A stretch of DNA of 64,000 nucleotides from Polyangiaceae bacterium (GTDB taxonomy: Bacteria; Myxococcota_A; Polyangia; Polyangiales; Polyangiaceae). Positions within the stretch are counted from its first letter, which is position 1. Each line of letters opens with the position of its first letter. A program made the position numbers and the translations under genes. Below are positions 39,373 through 50,800 of the stretch, piece after piece. The notes under the pieces were generated by a model. That model was not told where the DNA came from, ran no database searches, and saw only the letters and a list, made by a program, of their open reading frames with translations. The stretch covers positions 228,740 through 292,739 of the forward strand of contig JBNKBE010000005.1 in NCBI GenBank assembly GCA_050287085.1, read 5' to 3'.

Positions 39373-40925
39373 GCGAGTTGCCGGAAGGCTGGGCACGAGC
39401 AACCATCGGAGAGATGGCGGAGCGCGTTGAGTATGGCTCGTCCGCCAAGGCAACAGAGGACGACGCGGGCGTACCCGTTCTCCGAATGGGTAACCTGACC
39501 ACTAGTGGCGACATACTAGCGGACAACCTCAAGTACCTGCCTTCGTCGCACGATGAGTTCCCGCGTTTGCTCTTGACCAGGGGCGAACTGCTCTTCAACA
39601 GAACGAACAGCGCTGAACTCGTTGGAAAGACTGCTGTCTACCAGGGTCAGCCGTCACCTTGCTCCTTCGCCTCGTATCTGATTAGGGTGGTGATGCAACC
39701 CAGCGTCCTGCCGAAGCTTGTTGCCGCATATATCAACGGCCCGCCTGGGCGCGATTGGGTGCGCACAATGATTAGCCAGCAGGTAGGACAGGCGAACGTC
39801 AATGGGACCAAGCTCAAGGCTCTGAGCCTGCCCATTCCACCGCTCAACGAACAACGCCGCATCGTCGACAAGATTGAAGCGCTGACGGCGCGGAGTCGGC
39901 GGGCGAAGGAGGCGTTGGATGCGGTGCCGGCGTTGTTGGATAAGCTGCGGCAGTCCATCCTGGCCGCCGCTTTCCGCGGCGACCTCACACGCGACTGGCG
40001 CGCCGCTCACCCCGACGTGGAGCCCGCCTCAGCCCTCCTAGAGCGCATCCGCCAGGAACGCCGCCAGCGCTGGGAAGCCACCGAACTCGCCAAACTAACC
40101 GCCAAAGGCAAGCCCCCCAAGAACGACAACTGGAAAGCCAAGTACCAAGAGCCCGAGCCGGTGGACACGGAGGGCTTGCCCGAGTTGCCGGAGGGGTGGG
40201 CTTGGGCGCAACTCGAAGACCTTTGCGATGTCGTAAGGGGGATACCCTACGGAATCGTTCTTACTGGAGAAGACACGCCCGGTGGGGTTCCAACAGTCCG
40301 GTGTGGGGATATTAAGGAATTCAACATAGAGGTGGAGCGCCTGAAACGAGTCATGCCTGAGATTGCCGAGCAATTCGAAAGGACGTCTTTGGTAGGTGGT
40401 GAAGTCCTAATCGCAATTCGTGGAACCGTCGGCGCGACAGCGGTCGTGAGCGAGGCAATGGCTGGCATGAACATCAGTCGCGAGGTCGCGATGATACCCG
40501 TGCTTTCGGGTATGAGTTCGCGCTTCCTGATGTATCAGTTGGCAGGCCCTGCGATGCAACTCTTGGTCAGGAAGCACGTGAAAGGAGTCGCGCAAGCTGG
40601 CATCAACTTGGCCGACCTGCGAACCCTTCCTGTTCCGGTACCTTGCGCACAGGAGCAGCAGCGCATCGTTGCGGCGATTGAGCAGTCAATGTCCAAGCTC
40701 CAAACCACACGAGAGGTCCGCATTGCACTAGAGAATCACCTGGGTGTTTTGGACTCCTCGGTCTTGGCCAAAGCCTTCCGTGGTGAACTCGTCCCCCAAG
40801 ACCCGAACGACGAACCCGCGTCAGCATTGCTCGAACGCATCCGGGCCGAGCGCGGAGCAGAGGGGTCAGCCAAGAAGGCGAAGAAAAAGCGCAGCACTAA
40901 GAAGAAGGCCCGCAAGACCGCCTAG
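39369..40925 (+). CDS. hsdS: Type I R-M specificity subunit HsdS (system 2)
   Basis: ELPEGW twice, PPLNEQRRIV, SILAAAFRGDLT, LAKAFRGELVPQDPNDEPASALLERI. Confidence 0.95.
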   Translation: MSELPEGWARATIGEMAERVEYGSSAKATEDDAGVPVLRMGNLTTSGDILADNLKYLPSSHDEFPRLLLTRGELLFNRTNSAELVGKTAVYQGQPSPCSFASYLIRVVMQPSVLPKLVAAYINGPPGRDWVRTMISQQVGQANVNGTKLKALSLPIPPLNEQRRIVDKIEALTARSRRAKEALDAVPALLDKLRQSILAAAFRGDLTRDWRAAHPDVEPASALLERIRQERRQRWEATELAKLTAKGKPPKNDNWKAKYQEPEPVDTEGLPELPEGWAWAQLEDLCDVVRGIPYGIVLTGEDTPGGVPTVRCGDIKEFNIEVERLKRVMPEIAEQFERTSLVGGEVLIAIRGTVGATAVVSEAMAGMNISREVAMIPVLSGMSSRFLMYQLAGPAMQLLVRKHVKGVAQAGINLADLRTLPVPVPCAQEQQRIVAAIEQSMSKLQTTREVRIALENHLGVLDSSVLAKAFRGELVPQDPNDEPASALLERIRAERGAEGSAKKAKKKRSTKKKARKTA

Positions 40926-41413
40926 TCATCATCGTCGTCGAGCCACTCGTCATCATCCAGCGCGTCTATCAGCTCGGCCAGTTGCTCTTCGAGCTCCTCG
41001 TGCTCGGCTCTTGCCTGCTCAACTTCCTCACGGCGTCGCTGTTCGTCGCTGGCGCGAAGGAGCTCCATGCGCTGTCGTTCCCGCGTCGCCATCTCGGCGT
41101 CGTGCCGCATCTGAGCCGCCAATTCGCGCATCTCATCGAGCGCGCTCTGCTCGCCGGAGTCGTCGCTGAACGGGCTCGTGTCGTCGTCGCGGTCGCCTTC
41201 CTCGACGGAACGCCGGTACTCGTCCAGTCCCGCAATCCGGTGCGGACGCGCGCCGCCCCATCGTTGCGTTTGCGCCACCTGCTCGACCTCGGCGGGGTCG
41301 AACGGATTGACGCCGCGCTCATCGCGTGTCGGGTGGAGCTCAATGCCCTCCATCCGTCGCACCGTGGCGATGCTCTTGCCCAGTCGTTTCGCCACTGCGG
41401 ACCGCGTCAACAT
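40922..41413 (-). CDS. MerR/excisionase-like HTH protein with acidic coiled-coil tail
   Basis: MLTRSAVAKRLGKSIATVRRMEG...FDPAEVE; GGAG upstream of ATG 41413. Confidence 0.7.
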   Translation of the reverse strand: MLTRSAVAKRLGKSIATVRRMEGIELHPTRDERGVNPFDPAEVEQVAQTQRWGGARPHRIAGLDEYRRSVEEGDRDDDTSPFSDDSGEQSALDEMRELAAQMRHDAEMATRERQRMELLRASDEQRRREEVEQARAEHEELEEQLAELIDALDDDEWLDDDDD

Positions 41414-41526
41414 CTCCACACCGTACGCTAGTCCGCACGGGCATGCCCGTTGAGGTGTGCAGGCAGGCTCTGACATGCTGCAAGACAGGGTGACTGTTGG
41501 TGAACGGTGGTGCACTCTATGGCCAA

Positions 41527-42290
41527 ATGGCTACACCGCCAAAGCCGCTCGCGCTTTCGGAAGTCCTCGACGTGCACAACGCGCTCATCACCGCTGCGAA
41601 AAAGCATGGTGTGAGGTTTCATGAGGTGGGTGAGCTCGAAAAGGACGGCGAATGCTTCCCTGATGTTCCGGTGGGTCCGTGCCAACGGACCTACAGCGCG
41701 CATTCGTCGAGGCTTGGGAGCTCGTCCGCCCTGCTCGGGCGCGTGTGCTCCGCGCCTGGATGTTGTCGCCGGACCACCCGAACTACGAACGCATCAACGC
41801 GGTGCGCGCCGTGTACGACGACACTCTTCGCGACAAGGCCGCTCAAGAGCTCACGAAGGCTCGCGCTGCGACGCTACGGGCGGTCAAAGCCCTGCTTGAG
41901 CATGCTGAGGCCGTGGATGAGCTGTTCAAGGCGGTCCCAACCAAGCCTCCCGCAGAAATGATCTCCGCCCTCGAATGCATCGGAATCGCTGGCGAGCTCG
42001 ACCTCGCTCTCGATGGAGTACGACGCTTCCATGGGGCACCGGAACCGGCAACGAGCGCGGAATGGCAAGCTGTTCTGACCGATGCTGCGCGGCTGCTGAG
42101 CGCGGCCAAGCTTCCCGAAGAGGAGCTCGCGCAGCTCATCTACGGCGATACCAACCCCGAGACGCTTCGCGCGCTCAAGGAACGTTGCTGTCGCTCGCGG
42201 CGGAGGGTCTACACGAGCGCACGCGCTAAGCCACGACTACCGGGGCCATCGCTTCTGAACCGAACGTCGATTCAGCGTACTTTACACTGA
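41527..42290 (+). CDS. Hypothetical protein, possibly frameshifted near 41675 (or starting at GTG 41679)
   Basis: Protein-like sequence in one frame from ATG 41527 and in another frame from 41679 to 42290. Confidence 0.45.
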
Positions 42291-42555
42291 TGTAGGCATG
42301 CCGTACCCAAACTGCTACAAGGCGTCGAAGGGCAGTGATGGGAGTGCCAAAGGTTCCGTACTTAGAAACCCGTGTTGTGGCGGTGGCTCAGTCGGAACTG
42401 AAGTTGTAGCGTTGTTGTGAGTGGCTCCCCAACAGCCGTGTGCACTGACCCGCCTCCCAAACAACTCTGGGCCCGCACGAGCAGCTGCTTGGAACACCGT
42501 TAAGAAGAGACCGACAGCGTCGGTACAAATGATGCCGCAGGATGGCAGAAGCACC

Positions 42556-43041
42556 ATGAGCGATCCAGAATCACATCCAGAAGAAACTCCCGGAACCAAG
42601 AAGCCCTTTCCGATCAAGATCGTAGCCGGAGCCATTGCACTGGCATTCGTCGTGATTCAGTTCATCCCAGTGGAAACGGTTGGGGATGAAGGGGCAAAGC
42701 CCGGCAAGTGGCCAGAGCCCAAAGAGATTGACGCCATTCTCCGACGAGCGTGCTACGACTGCCACTCCAACGAGATACGTTATCCTTGGTACAGCAAGAT
42801 TGCACCAATGAGCTGGGGTGTGCTCAAACACATGCGCGAGGGCCGCAGGGCATACAATCTCTCCGAATGGCCCGAGGATCCCGACGACCAGCAGTTCGAA
42901 CGGGAAGCCGTCTGGGAAATCATCGAAGAGGGGGAGATGCCACCGTGGTACTACGTGTACCCAGCTCACCCGGAAGCCAAGCTCAGTGAGACGGAACTCC
43001 AGAAGCTGAAAGCCTGGGCCACGGAGAAAGCCGACGACTAG
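42556..43041 (+). CDS. Haem-binding domain (Haem_bd-type) cytochrome c
   Basis: TM anchor, ACYDCHSN (CxxCH), YPWYSKIAP, GEMPP...HPEAKLS. Confidence 0.88.
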   Translation: MSDPESHPEETPGTKKPFPIKIVAGAIALAFVVIQFIPVETVGDEGAKPGKWPEPKEIDAILRRACYDCHSNEIRYPWYSKIAPMSWGVLKHMREGRRAYNLSEWPEDPDDQQFEREAVWEIIEEGEMPPWYYVYPAHPEAKLSETELQKLKAWATEKADD

Positions 43042-43070
43042 ACGAACGGATCGGGTGATCTCCAGCCCGT

Positions 43071-43352
43071 GAGCTGCTCGTGCTGCTCGATACCAAGGGC
43101 TTCTCCGAACGCGCGCGGCAAACCGCTTGGCGCGAAAAGACCAAGCGGGACATCGCGACCACCATCATCGGCTTCGTACGCCAAGCCGCGCTCGGCGACG
43201 CACTGTTACCCTATGAAGAGCGCGTCGACGCCGCCGTGGCCTAGCTACTCGCGAAGCGGAGCTGGCCCAAGCCACAGCGGGACTGACTGGAGCGCATCGC
43301 GAAGCAGCTGAAGTTGGAAAAGGTGGTCGATCGGGCCGCCCTCGACCAAGGC
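43071..43352 (+). pseudogene. hsdR: hsdR 3' fragment paralogous to system 2
   Basis: LLDTKGFSER...QAALGDALLPYEERVDAA matches 35557-35840; in-frame stops at 43242 and 43284. Confidence 0.9.
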
Positions 43353-43424
43353 CGCCTAAACCCTAGGTGCCGGCGGCCGTTCGGTTGCACCCACCTCCCT
43401 GCAGCCCTGGAGGCCAGGCATCGC

Positions 43425-44057
43425 CTACGCGGCATGCGCGGGCGTCGCCGCGGCTGGCAACGGCTGATACGCCTCACCGGTGAACAGCGCTTGTTCGGCG
43501 TCCCCCGTCCAGACGTACTTGCAGAGCAGCCGATGGTGCACGGGCGCCGGCTCAGGGTTCACTTTGACGACGGTGACCTGCAACTGAGTGGGAGAGCCCG
43601 CCGTGCGCGCCAGTTCGTTGGCTAGGTAGTCCGGCACGTAGCCCAGCGTTCGCCCCTTGACGTCTTGGATGAGCAGAGCCGCCGGATTGACGGCGTTGGT
43701 CGGCTCTGGCAGCACGCAAAGCAGCGCCCCCGGAGCAAGCTCCTCCAGCGCCGCTTCGCTCCCGGCGATGTGCCGCACGCCGCGCGCCAGAAAGAGACCT
43801 TCTGCCCCGCTTTCAGTACGCTGCGGTGGAGCGAATACCTCGAGCTTGTCCGTGGTCCTCCGCCCCCCGGAGCGCGCCAGCACAGTGAAGGGCTCACCCT
43901 CTTCCGAGGAGAGCGCAAACTCCGCCAGATGCGCGCGGAAGTCCGGACGAGAAGGACTCATGACGCGATTGCTGAACAGCGGTGGCAGCTCCGGGCAGCG
44001 GTAAAGCTCATCCAACTCCGGAAAGGTCACCAGCGGCAAGAATCCGAGGTCCTGAGC
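43425..44057 (-). pseudogene. 5'-truncated paralog of the HIRAN gene
   Basis: Collinear and highly similar to 36057-36690; lacks roughly the first 40 codons. Confidence 0.88.
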
Positions 44058-44060
44058 GGC

Positions 44061-44326
44061 AGCCGACGAAGCTGTCGAAGGCGTCAGCGCTCGTCGCGGG
44101 CCCTCCTCGGACGAGCGCGGGTCCGCAATCTTGCAGGGCCTCCATGATCGCGGGCAACGTGTGTTTGGGTACGCGGTAGCGCCGTTCAGCGGGATAGTCG
44201 GGATCGCGCTCTAGCAAAAGCTCATTGCCGTGGATCAGACTCGCGTCGATAGCATGCGGTCGGCGGCGGTGTGTAAGGAAGTCCCAGCACAGCACGGCGG
44301 ACCGCCCCGCGAGCTTGGCCAGATGT
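44061..44326 (-). pseudogene. Internal fragment of a HipA-like kinase paralog
   Basis: AVLCWDFL...SLIHGNELL...DAFDSFVG matches 37283-37548. Confidence 0.88.
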
Positions 44327-44608
44327 CTCCCCTGGCAAGGCACTTGGGCTGGCCGTAGACGTTGCTCGGAGGTGCGGGGAGCGAGCTTTGCTCGCCCGCC
44401 GCGCTTTGGGGTTCGGCCGGTGGCAGGGGGTTCGAACGGGAGCCAACGCCGAGGACTTTCTCCCAACTCGCTCGCGATATTATGAGACAAGGACAGCGGC
44501 CCAGCGTTGAACGACGCTACGTCGCTGTCCCTTTGGGCCACGGTTCTTGACGCGCGGCCTCATCCTGCTCGGCGTTCTCGGGCAGCAAGGAGGCCACAAC
44601 AGTCGCGT

Positions 44609-45373
44609 TCACTCTACCTTGGTGAAGACCTCTCCGCCGTGACAACCCGCGCAATCGAACGTGCCTTGCTCATGCAGAGGCGCACTCGCCTCAAAGGTCT
44701 CGTCGGTCACGCATCGATCCTTGGGGCCGTAGCAGTGGTAAAGCCAGCCCAGCTGGGTGTTCTCTTCCGTCTTGTAGGCAGCCGCTTTGCCGATGAGCAT
44801 ATCGGTCTCGTCATACATCTCCTTCACCGCCATACTGCCGATCGTATGCGGCGTAAGGGCCAGGATCCCCCCATTGCCTGCCTTCTGCGACTCGATCAAG
44901 ACGTCATTGAGATACACCCGCGCCCGTCCATGCTGGGAGCCGATCCCAGGTTCACGGGGAGTCTCCGTTTCAACGGTCCACCCCTCGGTCTTGTATTGCT
45001 CGTCGGCCAAGAAGGCCGTCATCGCCTCAACCGAGAGATCGGCGGGTAATGCCGCACCGGTGGTAGCCCCGCCCCCGGCGCCGGCCATGTCACCGCCTGC
45101 GCCGGCCGCGCCTGCAACGGGTGCTCCACCGCCGCCAACGTCGGTCCCGCCCATGCCACCAAGGTCGCCTCCGCCGCTTCCTGCACTGCCGCCGCTTCCT
45201 GCGCTGCCGCCGCTTCCTGCCGAAGCACCCGCGCCTCCACTCGCTTGCGGCCCTTCATTGGTGTCATCGCTGCAGGCCGATATCGCGGCCGCCGAAGCGA
45301 CCACGAATCCCAAGCAGGCCGCACTCCGCCCGGCGCGAGCGACCCAATCAGAAAGAGTGATGTGAGTTTGCAT
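44609..45373 (-). CDS. Lipoprotein with Gly-rich linker and C-terminal CxxCH (cytochrome P460-like)
   Basis: Lipobox ISAC, GSGGSA repeats (18-bp unit, 45171-45220), GSMAVKEMYD, CAGCH at the C-terminus. Confidence 0.7.
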   Translation of the reverse strand: MQTHITLSDWVARAGRSAACLGFVVASAAAISACSDDTNEGPQASGGAGASAGSGGSAGSGGSAGSGGGDLGGMGGTDVGGGGAPVAGAAGAGGDMAGAGGGATTGAALPADLSVEAMTAFLADEQYKTEGWTVETETPREPGIGSQHGRARVYLNDVLIESQKAGNGGILALTPHTIGSMAVKEMYDETDMLIGKAAAYKTEENTQLGWLYHCYGPKDRCVTDETFEASAPLHEQGTFDCAGCHGGEVFTKVE

Positions 45374-45706
45374 CTCCCCAGTATCGCCCATTGCGCTTCG
45401 GGCGGACCAGGTTTTTTCAGTGCGCGGAAACGCTGGCGTTCTGAGGGCCCGAGGTGAAGGCGGACGCACCAGGTCTCGGGGCGCTATTGGCCTTGCTAAA
45501 AGAGGCCCCAGTGCGACGCGAGGTTATAGTTTCACCCCCGGCGTACGACTTCCGAAGAGAGTGCGGCCACTCCATGCACCCCACATCCGTCTCGCACGCG
45601 GAAATGAGAGCTGCCAAAGCGCAGGCGAACGTGGGGCCAAAGCGCGGACCGTGCGTTCAGTGACGCCCCAGCGCCAGCGCGCCCGCCCGCTTCCCGGCGC
45701 GGGATT

Positions 45707-45785
45707 GACGAGACTGCGAGCGCGCCGGCAAAAAGGCTGGGTGAGGCGACGAGACTGCGAGCGCGCCGGCAAAGGCTGGGTGAGG
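45707..45785. repeat. Intergenic tandem duplication of about 40 bp
   Basis: GACGAGACTGCGAGCGCGCCGGC-A(5 or 3)-GGCTGGGTGAGG twice. Confidence 0.85.
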
Positions 45786-45919
45786 AACAGGGTCAGCGCC
45801 GCCGCTCGCGTCCCCCAGGGGCACGGTGTCGATGCCAGCGTGTGCGGTGACGCGCCCGTGCGTCCAGGCCTCGACGCAAAGTCGCCCACCCGGGTGCTTG
45901 TGCGTTACCCTGATCCATC

Positions 45920-47725
45920 ATGAGTATGCGATGGTTTGATACACGCGCTGAAACGCGCCTGGTGGAGGTCCGCTTTGCCCCGCGTCCGCGGCTCGGCGCC
46001 CGCCATGTACTGCTGCTAGCCCTTGGCGCTCTGCCGTGGGTGAACGCCTGCGGCGGGTCCCCAGCCAGCGGCAATGCGGCCATACCGTCCTCAGATGGTC
46101 CAGTCTCTTCGTCCTCAAAGAGCGACAGCCAGCGAGACGCCCGCATCGCCGCGCTACGCGATGAACGCACCCGCGCGGAAACGCTACGCGACTTGATCGC
46201 CGAGTTCGACGACCGCGCCAAGAACGGCACCCGCAGTGCGGAAGCAATCGCGTTCATCGAACAATACGCAGGACCCGTCACGAACACGTACGTCGAATTC
46301 CGCAGTTCGCTGCCGCCCCAATTGCGGGAAAAAGTCATCAATCTCCTGGTGTCTTTTGATGTTCCGGTCACGATTCCTGCCCACGTTTCCGCGATCGCTG
46401 CCTACGCGCGGGGGGAAGGCACGGCCGACGAGGCCATGTGGGCCTGCCAGATCGCCGCAAGAAACAGGACACCGGAGCTCGCAGAGGCATTGCTGCTAGG
46501 CTACCAGCGCATCGACATGAGCGACGACGCGGGGCGGCGCTACAGTCGCCATCTGACGCGAGCTATGCATTTCAACGCGCAGACGCCCTTTGCGCAGAAG
46601 CACTGGCCAGAGGTGTTGCTCCAGAAGCTCCAGGAGCCACTCGTCCGTCCCGAACGTTTTGACGACAAGGTCGCTACCCGGGCATTCAACAACGGTCTGT
46701 TCTGGAAGGGCACCGCGCTCGAATTGCTCGCCGAGCTCCAAGTAGCTCCCGCGGCCCGAACCATCCTGCGCGTCTTGATGGACAACGATCAGAGCGAACT
46801 GCATCCGGAAGCGGAATGGGCATGGCTGCGTCTAGGCGCCGCTGGTCGCAAGGCAGCCGAGGCGCTCTTGCTCGGCTCGGACAGTGAACTCGTCGCAGCT
46901 GCCCAAGGCGCCGGACAGCCCTTCAGTGAGCCTCACGTCTACTACGGTGCGGCAGCGCTGGGCAATCTCGGGTTGCCGAGCAGTATGCCGGCCCTGGTGA
47001 CCGCGAGCAAGCGCACCCGCGACCCAGTCAGTCGCGTGTTCATCGCCCTGGCGGCAACCCGTGTCTCCGGGGAGGACGACGCCAAGAACCTGTTCGAAGA
47101 GGTGTACAAGAACACGCCACCGCAGCTCTCATTGCCCGGTCGCGGCGGGGCGCTCGAATCACTTGCCGTGGCCGCACCGAGACTTTTTGACCCAGCACTC
47201 GCGGGCTTTCTGCTGCCGCGCGTGGAACTCGTGCACGGGACATGGGCGCGCAAGGGAGACACTCAACGCACGCTGGTCCAATCCGCTGCGGCCCTCGCGC
47301 AGGCAGAACACCTCGCCTCCGGTCGTAAGATCGCGCAGCGCTATGGTGGCCGCGTGGGCACGCCCGCGTTCGAGGTTGCCGAGGCATTGGTGAAAGGCTG
47401 CGATACCAAGGCGCCCTGCTACCTCGCCGCGCTGCTGGATCCCACCAAACACGCCGGTGAGCCCAAGGCCGTCTCCCTGGTCGCGGCCACCCACGTCGGG
47501 ATCTATGGCGGAAGCTCCGAGCGGGATCAACTGCTCGCTCATCTGACTGCCTTTCACGACCCGGAAGTGCAAGAACGCGTTGCCGACGTGATCGAACACC
47601 TGAGCCCCAAGCCCTCCGCTGATCTACTGCAGACGCTGCGAGCAAGAATGGAAGAAGAGCGCGCGGATCCTCGCTCTCAAAATGTCGCTTTCTCTCGGCT
47701 CTACTTCCGCCTCAGGGCGCGCTAG
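45920..47725 (+). CDS. Hypothetical helical-repeat (HEAT-like) lipoprotein
   Basis: Lipobox VNAC; Ala/Leu-rich helical repeats. Confidence 0.75.
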   Translation: MSMRWFDTRAETRLVEVRFAPRPRLGARHVLLLALGALPWVNACGGSPASGNAAIPSSDGPVSSSSKSDSQRDARIAALRDERTRAETLRDLIAEFDDRAKNGTRSAEAIAFIEQYAGPVTNTYVEFRSSLPPQLREKVINLLVSFDVPVTIPAHVSAIAAYARGEGTADEAMWACQIAARNRTPELAEALLLGYQRIDMSDDAGRRYSRHLTRAMHFNAQTPFAQKHWPEVLLQKLQEPLVRPERFDDKVATRAFNNGLFWKGTALELLAELQVAPAARTILRVLMDNDQSELHPEAEWAWLRLGAAGRKAAEALLLGSDSELVAAAQGAGQPFSEPHVYYGAAALGNLGLPSSMPALVTASKRTRDPVSRVFIALAATRVSGEDDAKNLFEEVYKNTPPQLSLPGRGGALESLAVAAPRLFDPALAGFLLPRVELVHGTWARKGDTQRTLVQSAAALAQAEHLASGRKIAQRYGGRVGTPAFEVAEALVKGCDTKAPCYLAALLDPTKHAGEPKAVSLVAATHVGIYGGSSERDQLLAHLTAFHDPEVQERVADVIEHLSPKPSADLLQTLRARMEEERADPRSQNVAFSRLYFRLRAR

Positions 47726-47892
47726 CCGAAGGCGTTAACGCCGTTAACTAGCACGCCTCGGGGGCTCTGCCGCACTCAGAGCCCCCGACTGAACGTGGTG
47801 AGCCGAGGTCGGGCCAACAACGCGGCTCCAGTTCGCGCGGCACAAAGCGCTCCTGGGGCATTGCCCCAACCGCAGCCGCGACGCGCGATGCC

Positions 47893-50800
47893 CTAGAGTC
47901 CGATCTGGTTGCCGCGCTCCAGCAGACACAAGGCGCTGCAACCATCACCCGATATCGTATTGCCGTCGTCACACGTCTCGCCCGTTTCGACCTTGGCATT
48001 GCCACATACCGTGTCGGGAGAAGCCACTCGGATGCTGGCGCTTGCGCTGGATCCGTCGAGGGCGCAGAACACCACGACACTGCCGGCGCCAGTGCCTAGG
48101 AAGCTACCGCCGCCTTGGTCGCGGACCACTCCTTTTTGAGTACTCAAGAGGGAGAACGTGCAACTCTTGGTCACGTCTTCCTTCACGTTGCCCGCGCCGA
48201 CGCCGAGCACACGAGTTTGAACCGACTGATCCGGCCGCAGCAGGATTTCATTGGGCTCAAAGCGCAACTCCGTCCAGCGGGTGCCCACGTAGTTGCCATT
48301 GGCAGTGACGCCGCCAAAGCTTGCCACGATGGTCGCCTCGCCAAAGTCCCCAAACACTACGTTGCCAGCGTCGACTTTCGCGATCTGGGGCTTGACGACG
48401 TAGTCCGCGTAGGGAGTGACGGTATATTGAAGACCATCAGGATAGTAGATGACGACGCTCAACGGAACAGCGCCCCCTTGAGGAACCATCACTGGATCAG
48501 GCGTGATGCCAAGCTCCGCGCCATTCCTGGGCCGTACGTCCAGATTGGTGTTGCCCTTCAGGCCCTCGTAGGTGGCGGTTACCTCGCTCGTGCCGACGTC
48601 AATTCCGATGTAGCGGCCGGGGCGAACGGCAGCCACGCTAGTGCCGGTATGAGTCCACGTCACACCGGTTGTGGGAGTTGTTATGGTGTCGTCGCTCCAA
48701 TAGGCAGTAACCGTCAGAATCGTCTGCTCACCAGGGCGCAATACAGCATTGCTGTCCTTGGCCAGACCGACGGCGACTTTCTGCACCGTCTTGGCGGGCA
48801 CTACCGTCAGGATCGCAGCATCGCTCGTTTGTCCCTGAGCCGTTGCGCTCACGGCCACGCTACCGGCGGCCATTCCCGTAAACACACCGGGGCTGACGAC
48901 GGAGACGAAGCCATCGTTGCCCGCAACCGTCCACGTCGCGTTGGGGGCGCTTTGGCTCGTTCCATCGGACATCGTTACCTGGGCGGAGAACGTCGCGCTC
49001 TCGCCAACCTTGATCTGCGCCGAGGTCGGAGACACCACGATACCTGTTGGGATCGGCGTGACAACTAGAGCGGCCGAAGCGCTCACGTTCCCCGCTGTGG
49101 CGATCACTTTGGTAGCCCCGTGCCCGCTTCCAACATACTTGCCGCCCCCTTGATGGGAAGCGATCTTTGGATCATCCGACGACCAAGTGACCGCCCCTGA
49201 CGTCTTGCCGTTGCTGAGTGTCACCAGCGCGCTAAATCCAACGCTACCCTGATACGCCACGCTCGCTTCAGCAGGGGTTATCTTGATGCTCACCGGCACC
49301 GGAGTGACGACGCGGAGAGCCACGCTCTGAGTCGGAAGGCCTGCAATCGCGGCCTGAATAGTGACGGGACCAGCAGCCTTGCCTGTCACCGTGCCATCGC
49401 TGACGCTTGCAACAGTCGCGCTAGACGAGGTCCAGGTGATCCCACTCGTGAGTTCCACCTCCACGTCGCTATTGGAATAGAGCCCATAGGCCCGGATCTT
49501 GAGTGCGTCTCCAACGAAGAGCGAGTCCGCCGGGGCGGCGATACGGAAGCTCTCGAGCACGGCGCTGCCCACGGCCACCTTGACCTCGCCGCTCACGCCC
49601 TGAAACTGTGCGCGAATGGTGGCGCTACCAACAGAGCCACCATAGACGCGGCCCAGGGCATCAACACTTGCGATCTCCGGCGCCAGCGAAGTCCACGACG
49701 TCGGACTCACCACCGTGGTGGTGTCGTCCGAATAGCGCGCGCGCGCTACCAACTGCGCTAAACGCCCGGCGGGAATGGGCCCCGGGAGCGGATCGATTCC
49801 GAGAGATGTCACGACCGCGCTGCTCACACTGATCCCGAGGGTGGCCGTGGCTCCACCAAACTTGGCCTGAACTGTACCCGAATCGATCACGGCCAAACCC
49901 TTGACCTGCCCCTTGGCGTTGACGCTCAAGGCGTCCGGACTCAAGCTCACCCAGTCGACGGTATCGCTGGCTGGTGTCTCCTCACGCCCGTCTGTGTACA
50001 GAGCCGTAACGGAGAGCTGCGCAGTCAGCCCCAAGGGCAACGCGTTGCTCGGCCCGTTGATAACGATCGAGTCAACCACCGCGGCCGTTACGTTCACCAG
50101 GGCTTTGCCTTGGAGCGCTCCCACCGCGGCGCTCACGTCCGCTTGCCCCACGGAAACACCACGCACCACGCCGGTCGCGTCCACCGAGGCGCTGCCCCCA
50201 GTGGCGCTCCAGGTAGCTTTTACCGGTGCGGAGCTCCCATCCGTGAAGTCACCCCAGGCTTCCAGCTTTGCCTCGCGCCCCACCGCCACGGTAACCGAAG
50301 CGGGTCTGATACTGACGCCCGTTAGCTCTACCTTGCGGATGCTAACGTCTACGACGCCAGCGAACTCCCCGACTTGAGCTCGCACCGTGGTCGTCCCTTC
50401 ACCCACAGCCCTGATGTCGCCGCCGGTGACCACCGCGATCTTGCTGTCCTGAGTTGTCCAGATCGCGTCTGTCGCCTCGAGCCGACGCCCGTCCGACAAC
50501 ACTTGGAAAGCTGTCACACGCTGGCTTAGACCCACCGGTAGCGCCACACTTGCGGGTTCAACCACCACTTGGGTGGGCACCGCATCGGTGACCTTGAGGG
50601 CAATAGTCGTAGCAAGACCCTTGAACTGCGCCTCAATCTGAGCCTCCCCGGGCTTGAGCCCGCCCACCAGGCCCTCAGCCGAAACCGTCGCGGTGTCGCC
50701 CGTCAGCGTCTTCCAGCTGGCGCCCGATACCGCCGTGGTACGACCGTCCGAATACGTGGCATCCAGTCCAAGCTGGAGCTTCCCCCCTGCGGGTAGGGAG

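Noticed and set aside
41400..45700. Right-hand att site of the second block
   Set aside because: Scanning by eye found no further copy of the tRNA 3' end, so no bounded second element is called
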